The position numbers and the translations under genes are program-made. Shown here piece after piece: positions 21,111-33,961 of a stretch of DNA of 64,000 nt (position 1 is its first letter; the number at the start of each line of letters is the position of its first letter). The DNA comes from Sphagnum compactum (taxonomy: Eukaryota): positions 1,612,001 through 1,676,000 of the forward strand of contig OZ234493.1 in the NCBI GenBank assembly GCA_965153455.1, written 5' to 3'. The notes below the pieces were generated by a model. The model saw only the letters and a list, made by a program, of their open reading frames with translations, had not been told where the DNA came from and did no database searches.

Positions 21111-22895
21111 AACTTGATCTTAAAGTCTTGGCCCGAAGGATGGGACTCACTTATCTAATGTTTACTTGTGCAAAACAATTTCCACAAAGCTTTCCTAGTG
21201 ACAAGGATCATGGAGACACTTGAGGTATTGAGAATGCAGAAATAACATTGCAATTGTGATCATTTTGTGTTTTCAAAATTGTGGATTTGTTTCACTGACT
21301 TCTACATATTTATTTGGAAACTTCTCAAGGGGTGGGACATGCATATATTATGTCCTTCGATAAAACTATATAAGTGGTCCAAAAAACCAAACAAAATTCA
21401 ATAGTGTTAAAGTCCTAAACAAGCACAAATGGCCGCCAAAAAAAAACACGGATGGTTGTACCATTGTGCCGAATGATTTCGATGTTCAATGTCCGACCTA
21501 TTTGAAGATTAATGTTCTTAAGGTGGAGTAGGCATTCTAAACAGGGTATCGAAAAGGGGATAAAGTTTTTTATGTCTCACCTCTTAAATGGAAGGGTTAG
21601 GAGGAATTTATGGATCAACACATGTCTTCTTGGAATTAACATTGGATTTCAAATAATGAGAAATTTGAAAACTTTATGCATGCTGACCATAATCTCAAGT
21701 CTTTGTCCAAGTGTATGTTTTTTGTTTAGGATGGAAATCACAAATTGCAAACCCAATTGCCATATATCAATATGTGCATGATGATAAACCTTCTTGGCAC
21801 ATCTACTTGGATTTTATAGTCTTAGATACCTCCCATGAGTTTTTTGAGCTACTCACTACCATGATGGACCTCAATAAATAAGTTTATGATGTTTTTTTTA
21901 CTTTCCTTCATCAAGTAAACCTCAAAGATTTTTTGGTTAACTGCATTTCTCTAACTCTCCAAGTCTGTTGAAGTGAACCATGTGAAACCCAACTTTGTTC
22001 ATGAGTTTTTTCGCGTCCAGTCTATTGGGGTTATCCCACCGGAGCAATTCAAGGATGTACTTCCAGTAGAAGTTTATAAAAACTCCTAAATCAAGTCGCA
22101 CAAGACTTGGCACTCTGTCTCCTTCAAACCATTTTTTGAGTACATACATAAGGTCTAAAGATTTTCACATTCCATTGAATTCCTATTCTTCCCAACTTCT
22201 ATACTTTACTTTTTAATGTTTAGTTTGCATTATTCTTGCAACATGAAATCTCCACAGTTGGGGATGTCACAGTCAAGCTCTATTATAAAAAGTTCCCCAA
22301 CACCCAAGACAGCTCACCAATGAAGCTACATGAACGGATGGAAAAAGCCATGGATGAGATTAGGAAAGATCATTACTTGGCCTTTTGTAAGCACTTGCCA
22401 ATATGGGATCCATCCCCAAGTTTAGATTTTTTTAAGAAATATAGGTACATTTTGATATGAACTCAAAGCTCGAAATGTTGATTGAAAAGCTCCAGATGTT
22501 CACCTATTCCTATGTTTTGGCCAAGCAGAAATGGTTTTGGCTCCAAATGTCGAATGAATCTATTATTTTGAAGGAGGCAAAAAAATTTCCCAAGTTCGAT
22601 TTCTCGAAATCCAATTTGATAAATGGTTGCATATAGTAACCTTTTGACATCAAGTAATCTACTTGTAGTTATTAGTTCTTGAATTATGACTACTTTTTCA
22701 AGACTCTCCTTTTTTATGTGCTCTTACTCTTGCAACTTGAAATTGAGGCATTCAACTTGTTCAATGCAACAATCTCCAATTTTGGTTTGACTATTAGAAA
22801 GGTCCTGGATATGATCTCTCTTGAGTCATATATCTAGCAGTAGAAATTGGTAATATGGGATACTTGCTTCTTCTAAGAATTAAAGCCTAAGGATG

Positions 22896-23716
22896 TGTCG
22901 CAACCCCACTTTGGCCAAGTGTGGGGGTGAAGCCCAACGCTTGGAAAAGTTGGAGGTTTTGGAGTCCTCCGGGACTCCCGAATGTTCAGAGCGCGACAGC
23001 AAGGAGAAAAACACCTCGCCTTGAGGTGTTCTTGGTGTCATTGAAAAGTTCTTGAAACGTAGATATCGAAAATGGCCTCGCATTGGCCATTTGGACATCT
23101 GCAGCCCAAGTTATGGGCAAAAGAAGGGCCAGGAGTCAAATTGGCAGTTTGACTCCCGACCACTGAAAGTCGGGAATCGACCCTTTTACAACGTTGCCTT
23201 AGGAAGTCCAACATGGCGTTGGAAAGATCTTGACGAAGACTACAACTTTGGTTCAGACCTCGTTGCGATCGGATTTCAGAATCGGGAGTTATGACCGTTC
23301 AAAGTTCCGAGAGTCCCGCCGGGACAGTTTCGGGACTCCATTTCGGGAGTCCCAACAAAATGTGCCATTTGGATGTAGCCTCCGTGGCGAGCAGCAGAGA
23401 ATACTAAAAGGGGGAAGGTGGTGGCTTCCCCCCAGTCCGGGCCGTGGTGAGTCAAGTAGTCCAAAGTGCCCGTGGCTTGTCCCAACACCCAAGGGTGTTC
23501 CCGAATGTGAACTAACCCATTTGTGGTTGGTTTTGGATGCAGATTCGTGCTTGATCTACTAGTCCATCTCCCTGGTCTAATCCCGGGGCTTCCAACTCGA
23601 CCCTCTACCCCTTTCTAGAGTTGGAAGTCGGGAGCGTGCCCCTCGGTCCCAACCTTCCGCAACTTCACATTGGTGAACCCTCAAGTGGGTTCACCCCGGG
23701 ACCGAGGAGCGCGTCA
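22896..23716 (+). repeat. 5' LTR (821 bp)
   Basis: tgtcgcaacc...gcgcgtca; about 25 substitutions and no indels versus the 3' LTR by manual comparison. Confidence 0.97.
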
Positions 23717-23718
23717 CG

Positions 23719-23730
23719 TGGTATCAGAGC
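23719..23730 (+). promoter_or_regulatory. Primer binding site (tRNA-iMet)
   Basis: TGGTATCAGAGC, 2 nt after the 5' LTR end. Confidence 0.95.
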
Positions 23731-23758
23731 TCAAGGTGAAGCTCAACGACATTTTGGG

Positions 23759-26700
23759 ATGGCACCCAAGAAGAACCGGAAGCTAGCTCCAGAGCCTAGG
23801 TCCGAAGAGCCCGTCGATGACCTAGTAGCCCCACCGGAATCAATTGGGGAGGAACCAAACTTCCGGGAGGACCAAGATGAGCCCGAGGTTGAACCCGAAA
23901 GTGAAGAGGAACAACGGAGCTCGGTCCTATTCACCCCGGAGCAACTTGAAGTCCTCCTCAAGATGAATAGGCCCGACTTTGGTGAGTTGGTGGCGGCCCT
24001 CAAAACGGGGACCTCCAAGGGTGAAAGGTTTCAACCGGCCAAGCCCGGGAACTTCGATGGTGCCCGCGACCGCAAGGTTATGGATGCTTGGCTTGCGAAA
24101 ATGGACGACTATATTCATGCCGCCAAGGTTGGACGGAATTTCGCCGTGGAGCTTGCCCAATCCTACTTGAAAGGCTATGCCGCCACATGGTGGCGGACGG
24201 TTAGACAAGAGGAAGGGAAGAACCATGGCTATACGTGGGAGTTTTTCAAGGATCGCATTGAGGCAGAGTTCATTCCGAAAAACTCCGACTACATTTCTAG
24301 GTGTAAGCTCCGCGACCTTGTGAATGCCACAAACGAAAATTTGAGGCAATATGTGAGGGCCTATTCCGAACTCATGTTGGAGATCCGGCACATGCACGGC
24401 CAATTCGTGATGGGACTTCCGACTTGGGCCAAGCGAAAGCTTGAGGAGAGTTGGCCTGCCTCATTATTCGAGGCCATCACGAAAGTGGAGAACTTCTCGG
24501 ATGTGGGGCGGAGTGACAAATCCGAGTTCAAGAAGGACAACAAGTTCCTTCACAAAAAGCCAAGGCATGAGGGGGAATGGAACCGGGGGCAAGGTAGCCC
24601 AACCAAGGATAAGCCAAAACAATTCCAAGGCTCGGGGTTCAAACCAGAAGGTAGCTTCGTGAAGAAGGGGGCTCCCTTCAAAGGGAGCCAACCCAAGGGA
24701 GATTTTGGAGCAAAACCCAAGGGAGCATGTTTCAATTGTAACGAGGTGGAGCATTACTCCAAAGATTGTCCCAAATCCAAATCGAGAGTGGGGAGCTCTA
24801 AGGTACTTGCTCTTAATGCCACTCTAGCCCAACCGGAATGCAATCGACTTATCTTTTTGAAGGGGAAGATTGCTAAGCGGGAAATTTTATGTCTTTTGGA
24901 CACAGGGGCTTCTCACAACTTCATAACTCGTGAGAGCGCCGAAAGGATGGAACTCCACTTGGATGAGCTCAAGGCACCCATTGAGGTGCATTTCGCGGAT
25001 GGGGTTCCCCATCCAACTACACTACAATCAAAGGGAGTGCCTCTCCAATTGGGAAATTGGAGAGGAAAGGTGGACTTGTTGGTTTCCACCTTGGGTGGAA
25101 TGGATTGCGTTCTTAGAATGGAGTTCATCACCCAAAACAATGTGCTCATAGAAGGGCACAATAGGTTGGTTAGAATCCCATCTAAAAGTGGGATTGTGCG
25201 AGTCAAGGCACATGAGTGGCCTTGTGTGGGTGGTCCAACCATCCACTTTATGTTAGGAAAAGCTTGGGAAAGAGAACTCGTGGGGGGCTTTGGCATGATG
25301 TGTGTCATGCGGGTGTTGGATGAGTATGAGCCCAAGGAAGCCACCAAGTTGGTGACTTCCGCCAAGTGCATAAGGAAGGTTTTGGAAGAGTTCCTGGATG
25401 TGATGCCCGAAGAGTTACCCGAAGACTTGCCCCCGAGAAGACGAGTTGATCATGCGATTGAAGTGATACCGGGAGTGGAACCGCCCGCCAAGGCCCCATA
25501 TAGAATGAGCCACGAGGAGTTGAAGGAACTCAAGGTTCAACTTGAGGAACTCCTCGCGAAAGGTTACATCAAACCAAGCAAGTCACCATATGGGGCACCC
25601 GTCCTTTTTGTTCACAAGAAGGATGAGACTTTGAAGATGTGTGTGGATTATAGAGCACTCAATAAGGCAACGGTGAAAAATCGTTATCCTTTACCTCGCA
25701 TCGATGATCTATTTGATCGTCTCTCGGGAGCCAAAGTTTTTAGTAGAATTGATCTACGTTCGGAGTATTACCAAATAAGGATCGCGGAAGGGGACGAAGA
25801 AAAGACCGCTTGTCGCACAAGGTATGGGTCATATGAGTTCTTGGTGATGCCCTTTGGGCTCACCAATGCACCCGCAACATTTTGCACCCTCATGAATGAC
25901 ATTTTCCGCGAATGGCTTGATGATTTTGTGGTGGTCTACATAGACGACATTTTGATTTATAGTAGCTCCATGGAGGAGCATGTGGAGCACCTTCGCAAGG
26001 TGTTCGATAGGCTAAGGGAAAATAAGTTGTATGCCAAGCTCGAGAAGTGCGAATTTGGGGTGACGGAAGTGGACTTTCTTGGGCATAGGATAACTCAAGA
26101 TGGTTTGATGATGGATGATCACAAGGTCAAGGCGATTTTGGATTGCGAGCCACCTAACTCGGTTCCCGCCTTGAGATCCTTTTTAGAATTGGCCTCCTAT
26201 TATCGCAAGTTCATAAAGAACTTTGCGAAAATAGCGGCCCCTTTGACAAACCTCTTGAAGAAGTCCACCGTTACCTATGATTGGGATGAAGCATGCGACG
26301 AAACTTTTGAAACATTGAAGGGCATTTTGGTGAAGGCGCCGGTGTTGAAGTTGCCCGACTTTGACAAGGAACTTGGAATCCATTCCGACGCCTCCGACTT
26401 TGCAATTGGGGGTGTCATAGTGCAAGATGGAAGGTCGGTGGCCTTTGAAAGCAAGAAGTTGAGTGAGACGGAGCGAAGGTGGCCAACCCACGAGAAGGAA
26501 ATGTGGGCGGTTATACATTGTCTCAAGACTTGGGGCCATTACATAGGCTCCAAAGATGTGGTGGTGTGGACTCACAATGTGACCTTGAAGTACTTCGTAA
26601 CTCAACCCAAGTTGTCATCAAAACAACAAAGGTGGCAAGACACATTGGCCTTGTTCAATGTGGACATCCGGCACAAGCCGGGAAAGGAGAACATAGTCCC

Positions 26701-28223
26701 CGATGCTTTGAGCCGGAAACACCAACTTAGAGTGGTGTATGTGGGAGAGTCGGAACTTCAAAAGGAAGTTAGATTAGCAAACCGCCGGGATGTTTTTGTC
26801 AAGGAGGCAAAGCAAAGCATCCAAAATGGAACCAAGTCCCACTTCCATTTGAAAAATGGATTGTTGTGGTACAAGCAAAACCGACTCTATGTGCCGGAAG
26901 GGAAATTTAAGGACACACTTTTGAAGGAATGTCATGATGGACCGCTTGCGGGCCATGGTGGTGCAAAGCGCACCACAACATTCCTAAAGAAGTCCTACTA
27001 GTGGCCCAACTTGAAGGATGATGCGGAGGGGTACGTGAAGACTTGTTTAACTTGTCAACAAAACCGGACCCTCAACAAGAAGCAAGTGGGTTTGTTGCAA
27101 CCTTTGCCAATTCCCGAAGGGCCGTGGGGAAGTGTGTCAATGGACTTTATGGTAAGTTTGCCCCCTTCAAAGGGGTTCGATGCCATCATGGTTGTGGTGG
27201 ATCGATTTAGCAAAATGGCACACTTCATTCCCACAAAGGATGAAGCCATGGCTCAAGAGACGGGGAGGTTGTTCTTCTTCCACATTTTCAAGCATCATGG
27301 CCTTCCGAAGGACATAGTGTCGGATCGGGACCCAAAGTTCACAAGTAAGTTTTGGAGGGCCTTGTGGAAGCGAATGGGGTCGGAACTCAAGATGAGCACT
27401 TCATTCCGCCCCAAACCGATGGACAAACCGAGAGGGTGAACTTGGTGATCCAACAATTCCTAAGGAATTATGTGGCGGCGGATCAACAAGATTGGGTGGA
27501 TCATTTGGAGTTAGCCGAGTTTTGTTACAACAACTCGGTACACTCCGCGACGGGATCCACCCCATTCCAAATGGTGACGGGCAAGTCACCAATTGTGCCC
27601 ATGACTTGGGCCGCACAAGGACAACCTTCGATTGATGCAAGTGAGGAAGTGCCAATGGTCACACAACTTGATGTAGAAAAGAAGCGCTTGTGGGAGTTGG
27701 CAAAGGCCAACTTGGAAAAGGCGCACAAAAGGTACAAGGATTTTGCGGACAAGTCCCGACGAGAGGTGAAGTTTCAAGAAGGAGACGAGGTGTGGTTGAA
27801 CATCAAAAACTTTCGGTTGCCCAAAGGGTTAAGTCATAAATTTATGGGCCCATATGCAGGTTCATTCAAAGTGTTGGAAAAGAAACTTTCCGACACTTAT
27901 AAGTTAGAATTACCGGAATATCTTAGAGTTCATCCCACATTTCATGTTTCCCATTTGAAGCCGGTCTCCTGCGACGCCTCAAGGCCTATAGAGAGCATCA
28001 TTCAAGGCCTCCACCGGACTTAGTTCATAATGAACCAGAGTTTGAGGTAGAGGTCGTGCTCAAATCAAGGCAACTTAGAAGGCGAGAGTGGGAATACTTA
28101 GTTAAATGGAAAGGTTACCATGCAATAGAGGCTTCTTGGGTGAATGAATCCGACATGGAACATGCCCAAGAAGCCATAGAAGAATTCCACATTAGACCGG
28201 CGAAGAAAAGACGTAGAGCGTGA
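23759..28223 (+). pseudogene. gag-pol polyprotein with C-terminal chromodomain (disrupted)
   Basis: ATG at 23759 (MAPKKNRK); CCHC knuckle CFNC..H....C; protease LDTGAS; RT YIDD; RNase H; integrase HHCC (GHGG..CLTC) and DDE core; GPY/F. Chromodomain EFEVEVVLKSR..EYLVKWKGYHAIEASWVNE ends at TGA 28221-28223. Premature TAG at 26999-27001, frameshifts at about 27410 and 27985. Confidence 0.95.
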
Positions 28224-28992
28224 TGAGGACATCACTTTTCTTTTAGAGGGGGAGAGTTGCATAAAATGTACCACATCAAGTTGCAAGTGAAATAAAAAGG
28301 GCTTTAAAACTTCCAAGAGATTGTATCATGAAAATTTTTGTTAAGGCAAATAGGGTTGTGGCATGGACAAATGGAACTTTCTTGCGTAGGCCCAAATCAA
28401 AATCAGACTCCTACTTTGGGGTTGAGGAAACTTGGCCCCAAAGGAAGAGGCAAGCAAGGTGAACTTGCGGGGACATGCACATGCCTTAAGTGCATCCCGA
28501 AGGGTTGGTTGGTAGTGTGGCCAACGCGGGAAGTCATGACCCCGCTCACATTCTCTAAGTGTAGTTTGGGACTTGGGTTTGGCAAACCTAAGTGTTCTTT
28601 CTCGTACCTTGATAAGTAAATCTTTTAGTTAAGACTTGGTTGTTGTGACCAAGGCGCGAGATAGGGAAAGGAGTCATGTCAAGTAGCATAGGTCAAGAGT
28701 AGACTTGACTTAAGTCCTCATGAAGGGAAGGATGGAAAAAGGTTCCTCCCAAATGAGGGCTTCGTCAATTAGGCTAGTTTAGTCTTTTGACGAAGCAAAG
28801 AAAGAGGGTTCCCTACAAGACCCTCTTGGACTTTTCAAGAAAGTGTTGGAATCTTGGGGACGCCTAAGTTAGCTTGAGACAAGGTCCAAGCCGCAAAGAG
28901 TCGGCAAATGGCCAAGGATCCAAAAGAAAGCAATTGCAATTGTATGAAGGAAAAATTCTAAGTGTCAATGAGGACATTGACCTCTTTCTTCT

Positions 28993-29004
28993 AGTGGGGG
29001 AGAG
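28993..29004 (+). promoter_or_regulatory. Polypurine tract
   Basis: agtgggggagag immediately before the TG of the 3' LTR. Confidence 0.9.
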
Positions 29005-29825
29005 TGTCGCAACCCCACTTTGGCCAAGTGTGGGGGTGAAGCCCAACGCTTGGAAAAGTTGGAGGTTTTGGAGTCCTCCGGGACTCCCGAATGTTCAGAG
29101 CGCGACAGCAAGGGAAAAAACACCTCGCCTTGAGGTGTTCTTGGTGTCATTGAAAAGTTCTTGAAACGTAGATATCGAAAATGGCCTCGCATTGGCCATT
29201 TGGACATCTGCAACCCAAGTTATGGGCAAAAGAAGGGCCAGGAGTCAAACTGGCAGTTTGACTCCCGACCACTGAAAGTCGGGAATCGATCCTTTCCCAA
29301 CGTCGCCTTAGGAAGTCCAACATGGCGTTGGAAAGATCTCGACGAGGACTACAACTTTGGTTCAGACCTTGTTGCGATCGGACTTCAGAATCGGGAGTTA
29401 TGACCGTTCAAAGTTTTGAGAGTCCCGCCGGGACAGTTTCGGGACTCCATTTCGGGAGTCCCAACAAAATGTGCCATTTGAATGTAACCTCCGTGGCGAG
29501 CAGCAGAGAATACTAAAAGGGGGAAGGTGGTGGCTTCCCCCAAGTCCGGGCCGTGGTGAATCAAGTAGTCCAAAGTGCTCGTGGCTTGTCCCAACACCCA
29601 AAGGTGTTCCCGAATGTGAACTAACCCATTTATGGTTGGTTTTGGATGCAGATTCGTGCTTGATCTACTAGTCCATCTCCCTAGTCTAATCCCGGGGCTT
29701 CCAACTCGACCCTCCACCCCTTTCTAGAGTTGGAAGTCGGGAGCGTGCCCTTCGGTCCCAACCTTCCGCAACTTCACATTGGTGAACCCTCAAGTGGGTT
29801 CACCCCGGGACCAAGGAGCGCGTCA
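29005..29825 (+). repeat. 3' LTR (821 bp)
   Basis: Direct repeat of 22896-23716, followed by TSD GGATG. Confidence 0.97.
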
Positions 29826-32478
29826 GGATGGGATCCGAAAAAACAAATCCTAGGAACTGTAGTTCGAGAGCAAAGAGGTTGTCAAACATGTGTTGTACAT
29901 GTATTTAAACTTGTCTCCTTTTCCATTCCAACAAAAAACTTCATTCCATTCATGAATTACCTCCCATTTTTTTCTAGGTGTGAATAGTTTTCCATAGAAT
30001 AATTGTGATCACCACATTGGGTCCCTTACTCTCAACACCAAAAATATGAAAGTTGATATCCATTTTTGTATTCAATGTGAAGTTTGTATTTTTAGGTGTT
30101 TTTCATGCCCATGTAGGTATTTCTATCATTTGTTGTTTTCCAAGGGTGCCATTGACTAAATCCCCAATCTCCTAAAGATCTGGCATAACACGATGTTTCA
30201 CAAGGACCTCCTCAAGGAATGCCTTCATTCTCATCTTCTTTAGTGCAGTTAATACATTGATTATCCAAAAGACAATACCCTTTCCCTAGAAATTCCAATG
30301 AAAGAGAATATTGAACTAGCCTTCATGGAAAATCTCGCCAATTTTGTAGGAACTCAAGTTGTGGGAAGCAATAAAACGCTTCCAAGGGAAAACGTAAGTC
30401 AAAGGAAAAAGGGACAAGAGTTCTCTCTTCTAATGCAAATCAAGAGGCTTTTGTTGATGTGCCTTTGCACCAGACTATAGGTGTGGAGACAACAAAAGAT
30501 ATCAATAAAGCAAGAAGGGTTACTCCCCCACCAATCCTTGCCACTCCTCATGTTGGAGTTTGAAGCACACAACAAGCATCATTCCTTTAGTTTACTCCAT
30601 CCCACCCAAGTTCCATAGTTCTTCCCTCCACCACACCTTCTGGCTTTCAACACAAGGTCTTCCCATTTTCATGAATAAAAATTTCATTCCTCACTTTGTT
30701 CATCACCATTTTTGACCTAGGCTTTTATAAGAGTTTGGGTATTTATTATGATTTGTTATAACTATTTTAACTTGGGCTCCATGATTTGCACACTACCAAT
30801 GATGATGAATTGATGAAAAAAACGAATTAATTTTGTGAAAATTAAGTTCCATTCAAATGGAAATATTGAATGATGTTGCCTACACTTTGAATTGAATTGT
30901 GATTTAATAGAATTGAATTCAAATTTTTTAGTTGAATTCAAATACATTGATTGAAATTTGAATTGAATTTCAAATCAACTAGATTCAATTCAACAATTGG
31001 ATTAAGATTAGATTGGATTCAATTCAAATTTAATTGAAAAGAAATGGATGCAAATTGGTGGAGAACATATTGAAAATCTGCCTGTAAATATGGTGTTGAA
31101 AAAAATAAAGTTCAAAAAGATACAAATCTAAAAAGACACATTTCCATGCCCCTTTACTTGGGAATGGGCTAAATGAATTTTGAGCTCGAATTTAGTAGGA
31201 CGAAATGCTATGGGACCTTATGGTCATCCTATCTAAACCAACTCAAATAATCATCATCCACCCAAGACATGAAAAATTACATCCATCTGAAAATTTTCAT
31301 TCTATGAACAATTGTCATCTCCGCATTGGCCAATGAGAGAGCCAAAATTTTATCCCCAAGTCCAAATCGTGCACAGATGCGTAGACTCTTCCCTATGGGC
31401 AGAGCCAATAAATCATCATCCCTAGTACTAAATGCGGTGCATCCCAAACCTTTTTTCAATTTCATTTTCTTTTATTGGGATTTCTTTGATATCCCAATAA
31501 ACGTTCTAAAATTTAGCAACCACACCCTGCATAGAAGTTACATGTTTTTGCACTACTTTTACACAGTTGTATTTGTTTTACACTTACACATCCTGCATTA
31601 TACACTTATGTTTACATGCATGTAGGCCTTATACACTTACAGAGTGTAAACAAATTCCATTCTGCCATTTACTCTTACATGGAGGTCATTATCCATACAC
31701 ATGCACAACACTAGTTCACACCTGGTATCGACAATGGTATCAACCTTGATATAAATGACCAGAGCCAGCCTGATTTCGATTCTCCAATACTGGAGCTGAT
31801 ATTGGTCTGGTCTTCGGTTCTGAGATACCAGGACTGATACCAGTGCTGCCCCCATAGGTATTGATCTTTGGTTCTCACATACTAGGTCTGATACCAGTGT
31901 TGCCCCAATCTTAGGGTGCAAAAATACTACGCTGGGACTACACCAACCCAGTATTAGGGTTTAAAGACCACGATTGATATCAACACCAGGCAACCCATCG
32001 TCTTCCCTCCTCTGATATCAGTGTTTAAACCAAAATTCTAAAATTACACAATTTGGTAATTTGTGAAGCAAACCATGTTGCAGAATTTTCTTCACATTTG
32101 AGCAAAACATACTTATGAATTGAGATTCAAACCCTACACCCTAAAAAGCATTTGAAATATCATTACCATTGCAAGTTGTCTGGACAAGTTTGCAAAAAAT
32201 TGCAAACACGTGGTCAATGAAAACATCTTAGGCTTTCCCAAAAAAGAAAAAAAAAACCAATCACTTACTCTCGAAGACACTCCTCCCGGGCTACTTTCTA
32301 GGTTAAGAAGTTATGTGTGCTACAATCAAGATGATCCATAATGGCAAGTTAAGAATTAAGGTGAGTCAAAAGATTTAGGACAAGGCAAAAGAGAGAGAGA
32401 GAGAGTAGGTAGAAAGAACATCATTGAAGAAAAACATGAAATGTGTTGAAGAAATGTGTGGATAGAAGTTATGGATCC

Positions 32479-33867
32479 TTATTTGGAACTTCCAGATGTT
32501 TCTTGGCGGTTTCCTGCAACCATATTGATCCAGGCTTGCTCAGGCACCACATCGGCCCAGTCAGGGCGGAAACCCGCCAATGTGATGCCTCTCATGGCGT
32601 TTCGTATTGTTTGGCATTGCTCTGGGGCCAGAGGAGCTCTCCTGCGTGCAAGATCGGCTTCATTGGCTTGGCGGATTGCATTCTCAGCTGCAATTCTCTG
32701 TCTTTCCTCCTCCTCCTCCTCTTCAGAATCCAGAGCATCTGGGTCAGTCTCATGGATTTCTGGGCCTCCATTTGCCATGCTCCCAAGGCTCAAAAGCTCC
32801 AAGCCTGCAACATTTCCAAACACTGTTATTTCAATGCCATTGACATTCACTACTGTTCCTTGTGCGCTTCGGTTCCCGTTTGCTGCTGCATCTTGCACAT
32901 CTACATTCCCATTTGACAGTGGTCTGTGTCCAAGTTGTGGATCATCTTCATCAGAAGAAAGGCTCCCAGAGATTTGTGAGTAGCCCTCAGGAGCAATGCC
33001 ATTGTCAACAAATCCATCCTCGTTCTGCTGTGCATCTGCAAATTTCCAAGTACAAAAATACTCAACAACCTTTGCTGAAGAAATGAGAATGCTAAGCAAA
33101 GTCTCTCACACAATTTACTGAGAATAGGGAAGCCCTCCCATGGGGAAAATTTTCCTTGATCCATTTTCCTTCCTTCACTAGGCCGACATGGATCCAGGGC
33201 ATTCTGAGATTCTGAGATCTATAAAGCTCATCCCTGAGAACAGAGGCAGCTCTGTAATCAATTTCATTGTGGTAATTGCAAAGCATACAATGATCCCATT
33301 GACATTCCAACAACCATTATCTCGCAGTCTTGCTCAAGTCCTGTAAGTTTCTTATGTATTTGGAGAGTTTTCAATCCAGAAAATAGGGTTTCAAGTTCCA
33401 CCAGTTCTTGACCCAAAAAAACCCTAAAACTTTCATGGCAGGCATGAAAGCCCACTCCAGTTCCTTTTGATTTCATCTCTTTCATACATGGCTCCCTGGA
33501 GAAAAGGGAAGGAGCAAAATACAAACTCTTTCTCTCTCTCTCTCATATGTCAGCGCCATGCTATTTGACAAGATATCCAGGAAGGGGGGAAAAAAGGCAA
33601 GTCGGGGTGTTGGGGGATTCCAGGAGATGCAAAAATCCAGATAAAAGGCATGGCTTTAGATGAAAGAAGGAAGAAAAAAGGAAAACCAAAAGGACAAGCA
33701 AGAGTTTGCTCCAAGCTCTTAGCTTTGAAGTGTCCACTTCAATCAACATACCAGATAGGGTACACAACATAATGGCAACCACGAAAGCCCAAAAATTTGT
33801 TCACAAGACAATTCGTACGAAGCGGTAAGAGAATTGCAAGAACATCACCTGCAGATGGGGGAGCCAT
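32479..33867 (-). CDS. MEA1 (male-enhanced antigen 1)-family acidic protein, about 191 aa
   Basis: Exon 2 (32479-33035, acceptor tttgcag) encodes GYSQIS and an acidic tract followed by RRRAPLAPEQCQTIRNAMRGITLAGFRPDWADVVPEQAW, typical of the MEA1 C-terminus. Proposed exon 1 is 33849-33867 (MAPPSA, phase 1, donor GCAG|gtgat), which matches the phase. Confidence 0.75.
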
Positions 33868-33961
33868 GGCTTTCCCTTCTCTTCTTCTTCCTCTTCTGTC
33901 GCTCCCTCTCCTGGCGTTTGCTCCATCTCTCCAAACAACATGGTCTCAAGCGAATGCATGG

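Larger units (their letters stand above)
22896..29825 (+). mobile_element. Full-length Ty3/gypsy chromovirus LTR retrotransposon (Galadriel-like), inactivated
   Basis: TG...CA LTRs at 22896-23716 and 29005-29825; TSD GGATG at 22891-22895 and 29826-29830; PBS and PPT present; domain order gag-PR-RT-RH-INT-chromo. Confidence 0.97.

Noticed and set aside
23052..23562. ORFs MKRRYRKWPRIGHLDIC... and neighbours (repeated at 29161-29717)
   Set aside because: They lie inside the LTRs, have non-ATG starts and no domain; the repetition is explained by the LTR duplication.
23743..27777. Many antisense and alternative-frame ORFs over gag-pol
   Set aside because: Shadow ORFs of a GC-rich coding sequence.
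32443..32983. 157-aa and 175-aa + strand ORFs
   Set aside because: Antisense shadows of the MEA1-like exon.
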